Below are positions 23,092 to 37,077 of a stretch of DNA of 64,000 nt, in pieces; position 1 is the first letter of the stretch; each line of letters begins with the position of its first letter. The notes beneath the pieces are model-generated. The model ran no database searches. It saw nothing but the letters and a program-made list of their open reading frames with translations, and had not been told where the DNA came from. The DNA is from Mytilus trossulus (Eukaryota). Position numbers and translations under genes: made by a program. The DNA lies in assembly GCF_036588685.1 (NCBI RefSeq), contig NC_086374.1, positions 44,578,001-44,642,000 of the forward strand, given 5' to 3'.

Positions 23092-26000
23092 TCGACCAAG
23101 AAATGATCGATTATCTGGCTGAAAATCTCGACATATCTTTCAACGTTCTAGACAATTTGGTGGACACTGACAAGAGCTTTCTACAACGCATTTCTATCAC
23201 CAATATTGGATCAACAACAATACTTCCAGGAAATTGGAGTATATTCTTTTACCATATTCGAGCTATAAATAGTCTAAAACCACTCCTTCTACCCATTTGC
23301 GGAATGTTGTTAGAGCATATTGCCGGAAGTTTGTACAAGTTAACACCGGATAAAAGCGCATTTGTTAAAATAAATCCTCAAGGTCAAGTTAATTGTGAGT
23401 TCCATGCTAAGTATTGGTCAGTGGCCGTTACAGATAACATGCCGAACTGGTATGTATGGAGTCATGGCACTCAGGCCAAGACAATACATTCTACATATGG
23501 TGAAGACCTATCCTTTATAGGACCGTACGATACTAAAAATAAGTGGAAGCGATATCCAAGTGATAGATACGATCCTTTCCTTCCTCGCACACGTTATGTC
23601 ATGAATAGTGACGTAGCAAATCTCGGCGAAGCCAGTGAGGTTGTTAAAGAAGGAACATACGTTATTCCAACCCCACAATATATGACCACAGATACGACAA
23701 AATCAGTTCAGATAAGTGCATTAGACGGGTGGGTTGTATTAGAAAGTTCTGATTTTCCGAAAGAATTAGCGTTAATTGCAGGTAAGAATTCATTAGTTTA
23801 GCTTATATTGATAAGAGATTTATTCTTTATTCGGTTTTGATAAGTTTTTTGTACTGCAGCCGTTTACTTTTTTAATACTTACTCAACTAAAATAGTTCTG
23901 GCCACTCATTGATCTGAACAGTTAACTACAGGGTTTCTGTTTTATGTCCTTAAAGGAGAGGCCAACGATACCAAATGGATATTAAAACTCGGAAACAAAC
24001 TGACAATGCTCTGATTAAAAGCGAAAAAACGACAAAAAGACAAACATCAGTACACAAAATACGTCATTCGGAAACCTGAGACTGACGAACCTCACCAAAT
24101 ACCCAGGGTGATCTCAGTTACTTTATAATCCTATGGAAGTAAAAAATTAATTGGAGTTTATGTTTTCATTTGGTCATGATCTTGATTGTAGTTGCTTCAC
24201 ATATTGCATGCATATTCATGACGGGAACAATGTAACATTAACTTGATAGCTTGTTTTCGTAAAGTTAATAGACCGTGATGAATTATAGGGAATATATGAA
24301 TTGATAGGGGCAGACAGTTTGATTGGCATCAGCTGCTGAACCGATAAACTAGTTATAACACATAGCAAACACAAGAACTACATCAACAAACGACAACTAC
24401 TGAACATTAGATTCCTGACTTAGGACAGGTGCAATCACACACATCGGGTTTAAACGTTTTAATAGGTACCAACGTTCACCCTTAACCGAAACAATAGTGT
24501 AACATCACTACATAGAATGACACACTATAAACTATTAATTGAAATCGCTCAACTGAATCAAAAGACATATCAACATCATGTTCACTTGTCTTATAGTAAA
24601 ATTAGCCATTCAAGTATAATAAATATATTTAACATTTTTTTAATTTGAAGTTTCATGTGAATTTAAACAGTAACTCGTAGATACAAAACATAAAGGGTGG
24701 TCATGATTAATAAACTTATGGGAGCTTTATGAAATATACACAATTTCTGTATTGTTTTGTTTGATTACAGATTTTTATACTATCAACATCAGCTTATCAA
24801 ATCAAACGTCGAAAATCATTAGATTCATAAAGAGAGACATCTCAAAATTTCCAACTTCGTTAGCAAAGACTGAAGCATACTTTCTTGAAGTGAAACCAGA
24901 ACTTTATGAAATAAGAATAACAGTAAATAGTCCCAAAGGAGCCTTTTATGCAGTGCAAACTTTGAAGAGATTAAGTGTAAAAATTTCGAAGAATTCCTAC
25001 AGAGTCTACAACATCTACATAAGTGACGCACCACGATACGACTTTCGGGGAATGTTTCTTGACGTAGGAAGGAATTTCCACACAAAAGAAGAGATTAAAG
25101 TTTTACTTGACTTTATGTCAGTTTACAAATTGAACAAATTTCAATTACATTTATCGGAAGATGAAGGTTGGCGACTAGAGATACCTGGTTTAGAAGAATT
25201 AACTACGGTAATGTAGTCACTCTGGTATATAAATAATGTACAAAAATATTAAAACGTCCTGTGTGTTTAATACCAGTCACGTATTTTAAGGAATTTGTAA
25301 TAGTGAACTCACGGTAAGATTCTTTCATTTGACAGAAAGTCTTAAAAATCTATATTTTTTATCTTTTTTAATCGAGCGTTCATATTGAGTCTTTTGTCAA
25401 TCTCTAAAATTGTCCAAATTCGACACTGGTTGCTATAAACAAATACTACCGATGATCTACAATCATAAAAAAATAGTATAAACATCGACAACCAGTGACG
25501 CGGTTCCTGACTTTTAACTCCCATTATCAGACATAGTTTCTGAATGAATTTTAGTGCTGCTCTTTTGGGGTCAAACATATAAATAGACGATATATGTATA
25601 TAGTAAGTATAATATAATTATGAAAACATTATTGTTTAAAGAGTCAATCAAATTCTCCCCTATATGAACTAGTTTTGTTTGAAAAAAAAACAATTTAAAT
25701 AAATTGATCAGTCAAATTCTGTTTTAGTAAACACTGTTGAAAGAACAATATTATCCATATGCATTTGATCATTCCGTTTATTACTAAGTCATTTTTAATT
25801 AAAAATAGATTTACAATAAGCAATACACTTATTATATCATTTATGCCTTGATGTGTAAGTACAGTAATAGATGATATTTTATTTCTACATACTTTCTATC
25901 CTTTTCTATTGGAATCTTTTCATAATAAATATTATTAGTTACATAGTGTGCTAGTGACCTAATACGGTATATATGGGGTCAGTAAATTCCATATGGAGTG

Positions 26001-29000
26001 AGAGCGAAGCACACTATATAACGAATTTATCTTACCGACTATCTTAACGTGTGAAATTTAGACTAGTGACCGCTATCAAAATGAGAAAGTCTTCAATACT
26101 GTTAGCATTAAGAAACTACTTCCATAGATCCTACAAAAACAGATCCCAACAATAACAACTTGTTAGGTAAAAATGAGTTTTATGAATTTATGTCCATCTT
26201 AATCACCAATTTCTTCGTCTGTTGAAACCTTTAAAGTTTTTTCTCAGTACCGTTTTGTTTTTATAAAGGGACGTAACACCACTACTAACTGCGTATGAAA
26301 TAAGCCCAGCTTCCCTTCTTTCCTTAGATGGAATATAAAGGGACATAACACCACTACTATCCATGTATGAAACAAGCTCATTTCCCTACTTACCTAATTC
26401 GAAAAATCCACGGTCTTTACGCGGACAATTTTAACCAATCATATTCCTAGAAATGTATAGGAGGTAAGATAAACAATCATATTATATATTTTGACTTTTA
26501 AACTGGTGTTTTCGCGTTACTTTATGATATGCAATGAATGAATAAATACTTCAGTTACAACAGACCTGTGTTGAAATTATTAGGCACCGCATTTTTGGTT
26601 TATCACTGTCTTACTTTAATGTCATCTTTCGAATAATAGAACCCTCCTGATAATTGGTATTTTTTTGGTTTATTCATTACATTTATATGAATGCAGGTTG
26701 GATCCAATCGATGTCATGATTTAAAGGAAAGAGTGTGCACAGCTTCACAACTTGGATCTGGGCCAAATAAAAACAACTCTGGAAGTGGGTTTTATACTGT
26801 TGCTGACTATCAAGAAATATTAAAATATGCTAATGACAGATACATACAAATCATTCCTGAATTTGACATGCCTGGTCATGCAAGAGCTGCCATTGTTTCA
26901 ATGCAGGAAAGAAAGAGAATTTACGATATGAGAAAAAATAGTTCAATGGCTGATCAGTACCTTTTACATGATCCTGATGACGTTTCAGAATATATGTCCG
27001 TTCAATGGTTCGTAGACAATGCTGTCAATCCTTGCATTGAAAGTACCTATACTTTCATTGATCACTTAATTACAGAAGTAAAAGCTATGCATGACGGAAT
27101 ACAAAATTTAGAAATTTTTAGTTTTGGAGGCGATGAAACTGCAAAAGGTGCGTGGGAAAAGTCTCCAAAATGTAGAGAATTTATAGCGAACAACATAGGC
27201 ATAGACTCTGTCAGTGATTTAAAAGAACATTTTGCACGACGCGTCGGGAATATAGCCGGTAGAAAAGGATTGGATATCTCCGCCTGGGAAGACGGGCTTA
27301 TGCATGGTAGAACGCCCTTTGATTTGACTCATCTTGTTCCAAATGGAAGGTGTACATTTTTAATTATATTATTTAGGGAATATTTATATTAAAGTGCACA
27401 TGCTGAAGTAAATTAATGTAAATTTGTATATTTTAGTGCACATTCTGAAGTAAATCAATGTTTCAGTTTTTAGTTCGTCAAAATTTGAATATTGATAAAC
27501 ATGACTTTTAATAATTATGGTGGCATATATCTGTCCCTAGTTGTCACTTAGTTAAGTCGTCATAATAAGCCAAATAATTCGAGTTTTCAATTAATTAAGA
27601 TAATAAAATAAAAATATTTGGTAGAAAATCTTTTAGCGTTTTTGCCCATTTCATGACATGTAAAAACAGAATTATATATATCAATAAAGAGCACTTATCT
27701 AATTAACAAATAGACTTGTGTAATCTGACACGTCGATTCCTATATTTACCCTTCGAAGAGAAGTTCAAAGGATATTGTAAATTGCAAACAACGTATATGA
27801 AACTCTCCCTAATCAAGTTATTGGATTTAGCATCTCCATTCCGACCGGACGAGGCTGGGTATTTATACGACTCGCTCAATATTTATGCCCTTTGCATTCG
27901 AATCAAACCTCTTAGACTGAGACACTTGGACCCAGATTGATCTGTGTTTTTTTGGGGAAAAAGTCTACCTACTACCTCTTTACCTCCTCCTAATAAAGTT
28001 TTGTTCGATATTTGTATATTGTATTATTTTTTAGAAATCCCCATAAGTGATCATTTATTGAATGAACAGGTAATGTTATTGTAAATTAATGTCTTTTATA
28101 TAAAAACGTCTTTTAAATGGGCATTAGCTTTGAATAAGAATAGACAATAAAATATGGTTTTGTTTGTTTTAAACATTTATGACAGCGAAATAGTATTTCA
28201 TAAAAACAGTTCAATTAAGTTAAAAAAAAATATCGCTGATGTATTATTGACTAATATGACCATCGAAGATCTTCGGAGGTCTTACTTATGATATTTAGAT
28301 AATACGCACGAATTGCTGATACAAAATAACGATACCATTTTTTGTCAATTGATGCTATTGGTCTTTCTGTCATTTGAATACTAGTATATGTTTTAGTATG
28401 TAATAAATATAAGATATAATAATTGGGGTCAAATCGATAAACACGAATATGACATTAGTCCCTTTGATATTCAATAAAATACTTTCATTAATAGGAAAGC
28501 ATACACTAGTGCATGGGATAATGTTTGGGAAAAAGGAGGCGGTGATCGTAGCTATAGATTAGCTGATGCAGGCTACAAGGTAAGTATATATGTACATGTA
28601 AATATATCAATAGAAAGTGCAGCTTCACCTTGAACCAGTTGGATTTAGAAAAATATGCTTATTATAATTAGTAATTTTGGGGCCCTGTATAGCTTTCTGT
28701 TCGATTTGAGCCAATGCTCCGTGTGGAATACCATCCTTAAACCTACAACCGATTGTCCTACTAATTAATACCTAAATTATATATATGTCCTTTCAAACAA
28801 CGACTATAACTGCGTCTTCCAAGAGCCCCATGAAACATCTTTACTTCTTATATTTATTAACATCAATTTTATCAGTATGAAAGCCGGACTGTTTCGGGTT
28901 TAATTAAAGTATGAGGTCGTTTAATACTTTGAATGTTCATTCAAGAGAATCTAGGTATGGAATACAGATGTTTTTAGAAAGATTGTTTGATTGTTGGTTG

Positions 29001-32000
29001 CAAATATTTCATGCATATTCAGGACGAGAACAAGTTCTCAATAAGTACAATAGGTAGTGTTGTCACAAGAGAGGCCATCTGGGTTGATGGTCGGGAAAAT
29101 TTGGACCGCCACTTGAAAATGAGGGTATATTGGATAGGGACAGAAATGTTGCCTTGCAACAGGCCACCTACGGACCCCTCAAAGAGTTGTTGCAAGGGTT
29201 TTTAACGTGCAAAGGCTGTGGCACTCTCTTTACACGAGACATCTGATTAAGCGTCCCCATTCTGACCGGACGTGACTGCGAACTTGATACATTCCGCACA
29301 GCCAAACGGACGTCCCACTGTTTATTTTATTTTCCAGAAGTTCTAAATAAAATACTAATCCTTTATTTAGCGTCAGTGATGCCTTAGTAACAAGTATATT
29401 TGTATTGGTTTACAGGTTGTACTTGCTTTAGCAACCCATTTATATTTCGACCATCCTTATGAACCTGATCCTGCTGAGAGAGGATATTATTGGGCAACAA
29501 GGTACACCGATACTAGAAAGGCGTTTGGATTTATTCCAGATAACATATATGCTAATGCTGACGTCAAAAGAAATGGAGCGCCATTAACGGAATCTGAGAT
29601 TTGTGGAGGCAATACATGTTACGAATTGGCAACACCAGAAAATATCATGGGTAAGTGATACGTCATGGACATTTTTGTATCATATTACTGGTGTCTTAAA
29701 CCTATGCTATTATTTGAAGAAATAAATTTATCGGAAATTAACATAACGCGGGGAAGAAAGTTTTTATAATATTTAGGGGACTTTTAATTTACTATAAAAA
29801 AAAAGTCTAACCAACTGTTTCCTTGTGAGAAGACTGGTAGAATTAAAAATGTTTTGTTAAATGGGAAAAGTAATTCAACCAGACAATATATATAGGATAA
29901 GAAATTCGCATTGATTAATTGACCCAAGTTTAAGAATGGTAAACAAACTTTGAATTCCCGCAAACCAGGTGATAATTACTTTTATTTAGTCTCCAATACA
30001 TATTAATTACCACAAGTTCATTACTAAACGTCTAGTAATTGACTTTTGATTCTAAATAATAATGTATCGACTTATTGTTGTCCTTCTACTATTATCGCAA
30101 TATCCAATTTCGTACCTGACCGCCTCGGTGGTGTAAGAAGTTAGTGGAAAAGGTACATAACCCATTCCCCAAATTGGTGGCATCAAAACGAGCAGATTAA
30201 CCTGCCTCAGAATAGTTTGAGCTTATATGCACTATGATATACAGCATTACACAGTCATTCTAGTATTACAATGAAGCCTTTTGACGCTGTATTTGGTCAT
30301 AAGGCTAAGGATGCTATTTATGTAAATAGATATAGGAAGATGTGGTGTGAATGCCAATGACAATGGGACAACTCTCAATCCAAATATTAATTTATAAAAG
30401 TAAACCATTATAGGTCAGTGTACGGCCTTCAACAAGGTTCACAATAGACTGACGAGTTAATTAAAGAAGAAAAAAAAGTATATGTTTGCAAAAGACGGTG
30501 TCCTAATCACTGGCGAACGTTTAGGCACGTGAGCAAGTCAAATTCCTTTTTTTTTTTTTTATATATATATGTGAATTTTTTTTTGTCGAGTTGGCGACTT
30601 CTGTTGGAGAAAGCTCGACATAAGGATAGTGATTTGGCGGCGACGGCGTTAGTTAAAACTTCTCAAAAGCTTTATATTTTAGACTTTGTATATAGATACC
30701 TCATCTCATGGATCAGTGAACAAGGTTAAGTTTTGATCTCGTCAGATTGTAACAGTACTTAATTTGAACGTTCAAGTAGGATATAGATATTGGCCGTTTA
30801 TAATTATTGTTTTTTTCGTAGAAAAAAGTTGAGGCGTGAGCGCTATTGAATCTGCTAGCTAAGTAAGTTTTGATTGTATCTTTTATCTGGATTTTTATTA
30901 GGTATGATGGGACTTGTATGGTCAGAAACTTCCCGAACTAAAGATCATCTTCATGACAGATATTTTCCAAGGATGCTTGCAGTTGCAGAACGTGCATGGC
31001 ATAAAGCAAAATGGGAAAACATTTCGAAGAAAAAGGATAAAATGATTGAACTAAATAAAGATTGGACAAATTTTGCTAATCGTCTTGGTTATAGAGAATT
31101 AAAACATCTTGATGATATCGGTATTAAATACAGAGTACCACTGCCTGGCGCAAAGTTTGTATATTTTGTTGTTGTGTAAATATCAGAAGTAAAATCGCAA
31201 AAATACTGAACACCGACGACAATTCAAAAAGGAAAGTCCTTAATCATGATCAAATGGACAAATAATCAAAATCTCAAACACAGCAAACAATTAGATAACA
31301 ACTTATCATATTCCTGACTTGTGAAGGCATTTTCTTATGTGGAAACTGGTGGATTAAACCTGGTTTTATAGCTAGCTAAACCATGCACTTGTATGACAGT
31401 CGCATATTATTCCATATATTTATTTATATTTACCTGAATACTTTTCGATAAGTATATAGCAAATGTACTCTTAGTTACGTGTTATAGTGTTCTTTTAAAT
31501 TGTCAATTCTTTGTAAATTATTAATCTTTACTGTTAAGTCCATCATTTTAAATAATATCCTTTTGGCGTGGCTCGGTAGTTACATTTCTCGCCATTTTGT
31601 TATTTTGCTCTAACCATTTTTTTATTCTGTTTTTTTATTTTTGTTTATCCGCTTAGTTTAAAGGCCATTTTATTTTTCTCTGTTGGCGTATTTGTTTGTT
31701 TTTGTAGGGTTTAAGATAATAATTCAGTGTTGACTGCTGTATCCCTACTTTTGACATTTTTACCTATTATATATGTTTGTTTAATTCACACATTGTTGTC
31801 AATATGATGGAATTGTATGCGACTGTTTTACAAGTGAGAGGTTTGGTTAGCCTTAAAACCAGATTTAATCCACCATTTTCTACATAAGGAAATGCCTGTA
31901 CCAATTTAGAAATATTCCAGTTGTTTTCCATTCATTTGATCTGTTTGCGCTTTTTATTTTCGCCAAGGATGGAGAGAAGGGAAGTGGATCGTAACCCTTG

Positions 32001-32791
32001 GCTAGCGAAGATGCTGTAAATAAAGATGCGTCAAATTATGTAGAGTTCGGTTAGTAGATTCATTTTATACTCATTTTGTCCAGGTGTTCCACACATAACT
32101 AAGTTTTCATATGAAATATATGTCACTTCCGACCGCGTTATTCCACAAAAAAATAATTTGTTATATAGCGTAATATCTAATGTACATGTACCAAATTGTA
32201 TGATGGATGTTTATTTCTTTAGGATGTCCGGAGATACATTGAAAACCAATACAGCTTTTCCAGGACTTGTTGTAGAGCACAGTCAAGATAACAGGACATG
32301 GAAAATAGGAAACATTGATGGGGTTTCAAAGACGTTTTTAAGAACTAAGTATGCATTTGATTTTTTCTGTTGTATTATTTTTCGAAAGTTTGCAATATGA
32401 TTCGGAATTTTTTTTTTCCAAAAGCATCGGCATCAATCGAAAGTGGACAGATTTTTAAAAAAAATGCTTCAGAAATGTAGTTTTCTCCTAAAAATGGAGT
32501 TCTAATGTTGAACTACTAATTTTTGAAAAGTAAAACTACTAGACTAAGTATTAACAACGAAATTAACTTCAGTTATTATCAATCAGGAGTATATTTTCCT
32601 TTTTTTACAAGAGATAAAACATTTATCCTTAATTGATATGAATTGTTTACTATTTTCGTTTTAGATCTGCTGATGGATCAAGAACAAGCAGAATCGTACC
32701 AGTCTCTAAAACCACATCTTCAGCTATTTCAGACAAATATTCAATAACAGTTTTTGTTTTAAGTTTAATTTTATCATTTTTGCTATTGTAA
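23092..32791 (+). CDS. GH20 beta-N-acetylhexosaminidase / chitobiase module 2 with C-terminal GPI-anchor-like signal (second half of the same gene, or a tandem paralog)
   Basis: Exons 23092-23781, 24771-25207, 26697-27349, 28495-28579, 29416-29650, 30902-31154, 32223-32348, 32665-32791, all GT-AG and phase-compatible. Motifs: RGMFLDVGRNF, LSEDEGWRLEIPGL, PEFDMPGH, SFGGDE, AWEDG, AWDNVWEKG, YFDHPYEPDPAERGYYWATR, LVWSE, FPRMLAVAERAW. Ends ...KTTSSAISDKYSITVFVLSLILSFLLL*. No convincing start/signal exon of its own was found. Confidence 0.92.
26027..26473. mobile_element. Short TIR element (TTTATCTTACC...GGTAAGATAAA); a split inverted copy lies at 8332-8441 + 14772-14885
   Basis: 11-bp terminal inverted repeat. 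The reverse complement aligns by eye to the two segments flanking the 8442-14771 element. Confidence 0.55.
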
Positions 32792-32989
32792 ATTTGATTT
32801 CTAATGCATTTTTCAGTATGATCAGTATTTCTCGTTGCTAGTTTTTTTATATAGATAAGACCGTTGGTTTACCAGTTTGAATGGTTTTACACATGGTTTG
32901 TTTTGGACCCTTCATAGATTGATGTTCGTTGTGAGCCAAGCTAACATCGTGATGAAGACCGTAATTTGACCTATATTTAAATGTAATTC

Positions 32990-33610
32990 AGCCTGGCAGA
33001 CCAACTACTAGTATATCACAGTGTTGTTCTGTAACTGAACTTATAGGTCATAACGTTGACTATTTTCTTATACCAATAGTTTAAAATCAGTTTACATATA
33101 TAAAAGATACTACATCGTTCATTAATATCATTGAGAAATTAAAACCTATGGCAAACAGCCTTTTGGTTTAGTATGATATACTAATAACAAAGATGTTTAC
33201 TTTAATCTACCTCAAGAAGCGTTAATGAGTGCGATTGAACGAGCCTTTGACAGTTTTGACAAATCAAACTTTAAAGTCAATGCTCCGCCAGTCAATGTTT
33301 TAATACATTTGTTGAGAATCATTTTAGAAAACAATGTATATGAATTTGATGGGAAAATTTACAGACAAGTAATAGGTACGGCAATTGGTGCAGTACCTTC
33401 ATCCTAAATCTGTGACATGCTTGTGTTTGAAATAATGAAACAAATTATTTCTGCATTTCAATATAAAGACAAAATATTCTATCATGGCAGATATATAGGG
33501 ACAATAAAAGATTGGAGATATGCTTAGTAGACTTTAAGTTAAAGACTTTAAAATAAAATTGACAGTTGGGCCCCTGATGATGGCAGATCTGTCATAATAA
33601 CTAGATCTAT
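32990..33610 (+). mobile_element. Degenerate Penelope-like element RT fragment
   Basis: Broken frames encode PGRP..., DYFLIPIV, TYIKDTTSFIN, ENNVYEFDGKIYRQVIGTAIGA, with stops and frameshifts. The 3' end has CTGATGATGGCAG. Confidence 0.7.
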
Positions 33611-34806
33611 TGAAGAAGAATTAAAATATAAATATATCAATATAAACATGAATAATTTTCATATTTGATTTTATTCAAATAATAAATCTTAAAATGACCG
33701 TCCCAAGCTTAAGTGCAGAAACACTAAAGTAGTATCGGGTCCTATCATGCAATATGGGATGCATGGCGGTTTCATTATAATACAATGTACGTCAAAATGA
33801 TAATTCATACAAACGATTTGTTGAATACAACTTATCAATTTCTTCTAAGAATAATGGATGATATTAGACAAAACCAATTTTCATTTTCTTTTGATTAGCT
33901 TACTGTTGTATTAGTCCAAATAATTATGACGTCTTGAAGGGATTGTTTTTTGTTGCTTTAGTATTACGAAAGGCTCTGTTTTGCTTTGGCGCCTTACAGC
34001 GTATTTCTATCATTAAATACCTTACAACAAATAAAACCTTAAAACAGTTGTTAGGGGGAAATTAAACCGGATTTTACTGGAATTGTATCTATGAACATTT
34101 GAAAATAATTGCCCAACTACTTGCATTTAAATATAAATATTAAACCCCGCTTCCTTTAGACATGTTAGAATTATTGGATTCTTTATTATAAGGTCATTAG
34201 AATTGAGGGCAGAGGTCTTGTTGTACCATGGATATTGAATATTACATTATAAATGTATCTGCTATGTTTTTGTATCTATTGGATTAACTTTCGTATTGTT
34301 TTTTTATTTTTATTTTGTTGCTTATTGTTTGTTTAAATTTGTATTTCCTCAAACATTGTAAATGTCTTATCACAATTAATAAAAATGAATAAAATTTAAA
34401 ATATAATGTAAACTGTTGAACTATATAATGAAAAAAAGTCAGTAAGCTAAAATAGTCCTGTGATTATTTTGTTTTACACGGTTTGATATGGAAGAAAGAC
34501 CGACAAAGGAAGTTGCACCATTACTAACACAATTCTATATCAATATTCTTGTAATTATAATAAAATACATCAAATAACTTAATTAGAAACCTAATCTTGT
34601 TTCATATCCAATTTAAAAAAAAATACCTGTGGCGTTGCATTTTGGTGGCATTGATCCATTTGTATGACAGCCACACAGTTCGTAATTCTATTAAGCTGTT
34701 TTCATGTATTGTCCTGGATTAATTTTAGTTATTCGTTATTATTCTTTGGTTAACATGTCGAAATGTACTATTATATTATTCATTTATGTAGTTCTCTGTC
34801 TTTGGT

Positions 34807-35503
34807 GCACAGACACTTGTCTCAAAAACAAAATTTCCTATATACCTTCATACAACACAAGGTACTTAACTAATTTTTTTGAAAAATGACACCCAGTCCC
34901 GAATTCACGTTATTTTTTTATTTCTCGGTTGTCAAACCTACTTAAACTTTAATATGCCGTAAATCTTAATTGATTTATCTACACAATGGTATATTACACG
35001 ACTATCATTGTTGTCGGGATCAATAGTAGCAGGCCTCAGAAGTCGGTCAACGGGATGTTTTTTTGCATTCGTCTCAAACTTTGGCAACACCCAGCCCGCA
35101 GTGATTGAAGTATTATAAAAAAATATTAAAATAAAAACGGTCAGCTTCCCTCTGACTATGATATATTATATTTATTGTAAATTCTTTACAGATTATGTGA
35201 AACAAAGCAAAATAAGTTTGTTATGAAACCCAAAGTTTGAGACGGAGCAAAAAAACATCCCGTTGACCGACTTCTGAGGCCTGCTTATAATGATCCTGAC
35301 AACAATGATAGTCGTGTCATATACCATTGTGTAGATAAATCAATTAAGATTTACGACATATTTAGTTTAAGTAGGTTTGACAACCGAGAAATAAAAAAAT
35401 AACGGGAATTCTGGACTAGGTGTCATTTTTCAAAACATTTAGTTAAGTACCTTGTGTTATATTAAGGTATATATAGGGGGGAAAATGAGACAAGTGCCTG
35501 TGC
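34807..35503. repeat. Long inverted repeat / foldback MITE (~275-bp arms, ~145-bp spacer)
   Basis: 34807-35084 is the near-perfect reverse complement of 35230-35503, e.g. gcaggcctcagaagtcggtcaacgggatg / catcccgttgaccgacttctgaggcctgc. Confidence 0.88.
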
Positions 35504-37077
35504 TTTGGTGTACTAGCTTTTATTTGTACTGTAATATTGTCATGTACTGTTGTCATTTTATCGATATATTTAACATTGACATCAGGCGCGGCGGTTTGGC
35601 TAGCCACAAAAACGTAAAGGTGTAATAACCCAACAACTGTGATGTGGAATATGAACAATGTGTAAATAACTTGTATATAAAACAGTACTTTAACTGCACT
35701 ACATAAAAGATTGCAAATTGGACTGTACATTATCGAAAGTGTATTGGAAGATTTATTCGTTCAGTGTATTTTTTCTTTTTTTGTTTTTATATCTTTTGAT
35801 TGAGTTACACCATTTCAATTGCTATTTATAGTGTGTCTTTCTATGTTGTGATGTAACACTATTGAATCAGGTAAAGATGAAATTTGGTACTTAATTATTA
35901 CAAAATTTAAACCATCTGCATTCGTTTGCACCTGTTGCCTAGGATATTTCAGTATACGGATATGGATAGTAAACTGCACATTGCAAAACAAAGAAATAGT
36001 GATGTTTACGTCAAATACGTTAATAAAGTAATACTGGTCAAATAGACAGGAAATATTAAAAAAATTAAAAACATTGATTAACAAAATAGTCCCTGGGGTT
36101 TTTTGATGTGGTTCAAAAGTGTTTCGCGTTAGTTTTTTTTCAATGAGGCCGTTGGTTTTCCTGTTTGAATGGTTTTACACTAGTAATGATGTGGTTTTTG
36201 TGGCCATTTTTAGCTTACTGTTCCATGTTAGCCAGGGCTCTGTGTAAAGAATGTACTTTGACGTATAGCGGTTTACTTTTACAAATTGTGACTTGGATGG
36301 AGAGTTGTCTCATTGGCACTCATACCACATCTTATTATATCTACATTTAATTATATCTATCTATTGTTCGGAACTGTTGAATGTGTTTCAGCTCGCCTTC
36401 TCTCTTCGTTCTCCATTGTCAACCAAACATTTAAGTTCTTGGAATTTTGAAACTTCGTTCTGGAATATTTTGGGACCTTTTTTCAAAACCAGAAGTCGTT
36501 CAAATTGAAAACAACTATTATTAGCATTTCTTCAATAGACAATCAACTGTGGTAAAGGACTACCGGACACAAATAGCTTGATATTTTGTAAAGGAATTAA
36601 ATTTTTCAGACAAACTACAAGGAGGCATACCGGTATATAGTCTTTTATGGGATATGTATATGCCATGGCTGTTGAATAAGATGCTGTTTCCACTATTTTA
36701 TTTAATAATATATAAATATCTATCACAGATCAATAAACATTATAAGTTGTAATCCACCCATTCAATAACAATGTACATATTTATCTATTATACATGTGCC
36801 ATATCATGGTGGAAAAATCATAAATCTGATAAATTGCAAGACTATATATATAGTCAATCCAGATAGTCTTCTTTAGACTTATACTGTCTTTAATTAATAA
36901 CTACGATATTTTATAGTTGATTTAATCATTTTTTAACACAATCACATCAATCAATCGTTTGCTTCTACTTAGTAACTGCCATGGTCAGCTTTCCGTGTAT
37001 TTTCTCTTTTTTTATACACAATCACAAAACATTCAGCACATGACACAGCTCAAATGACATTTATCACATGACACACC

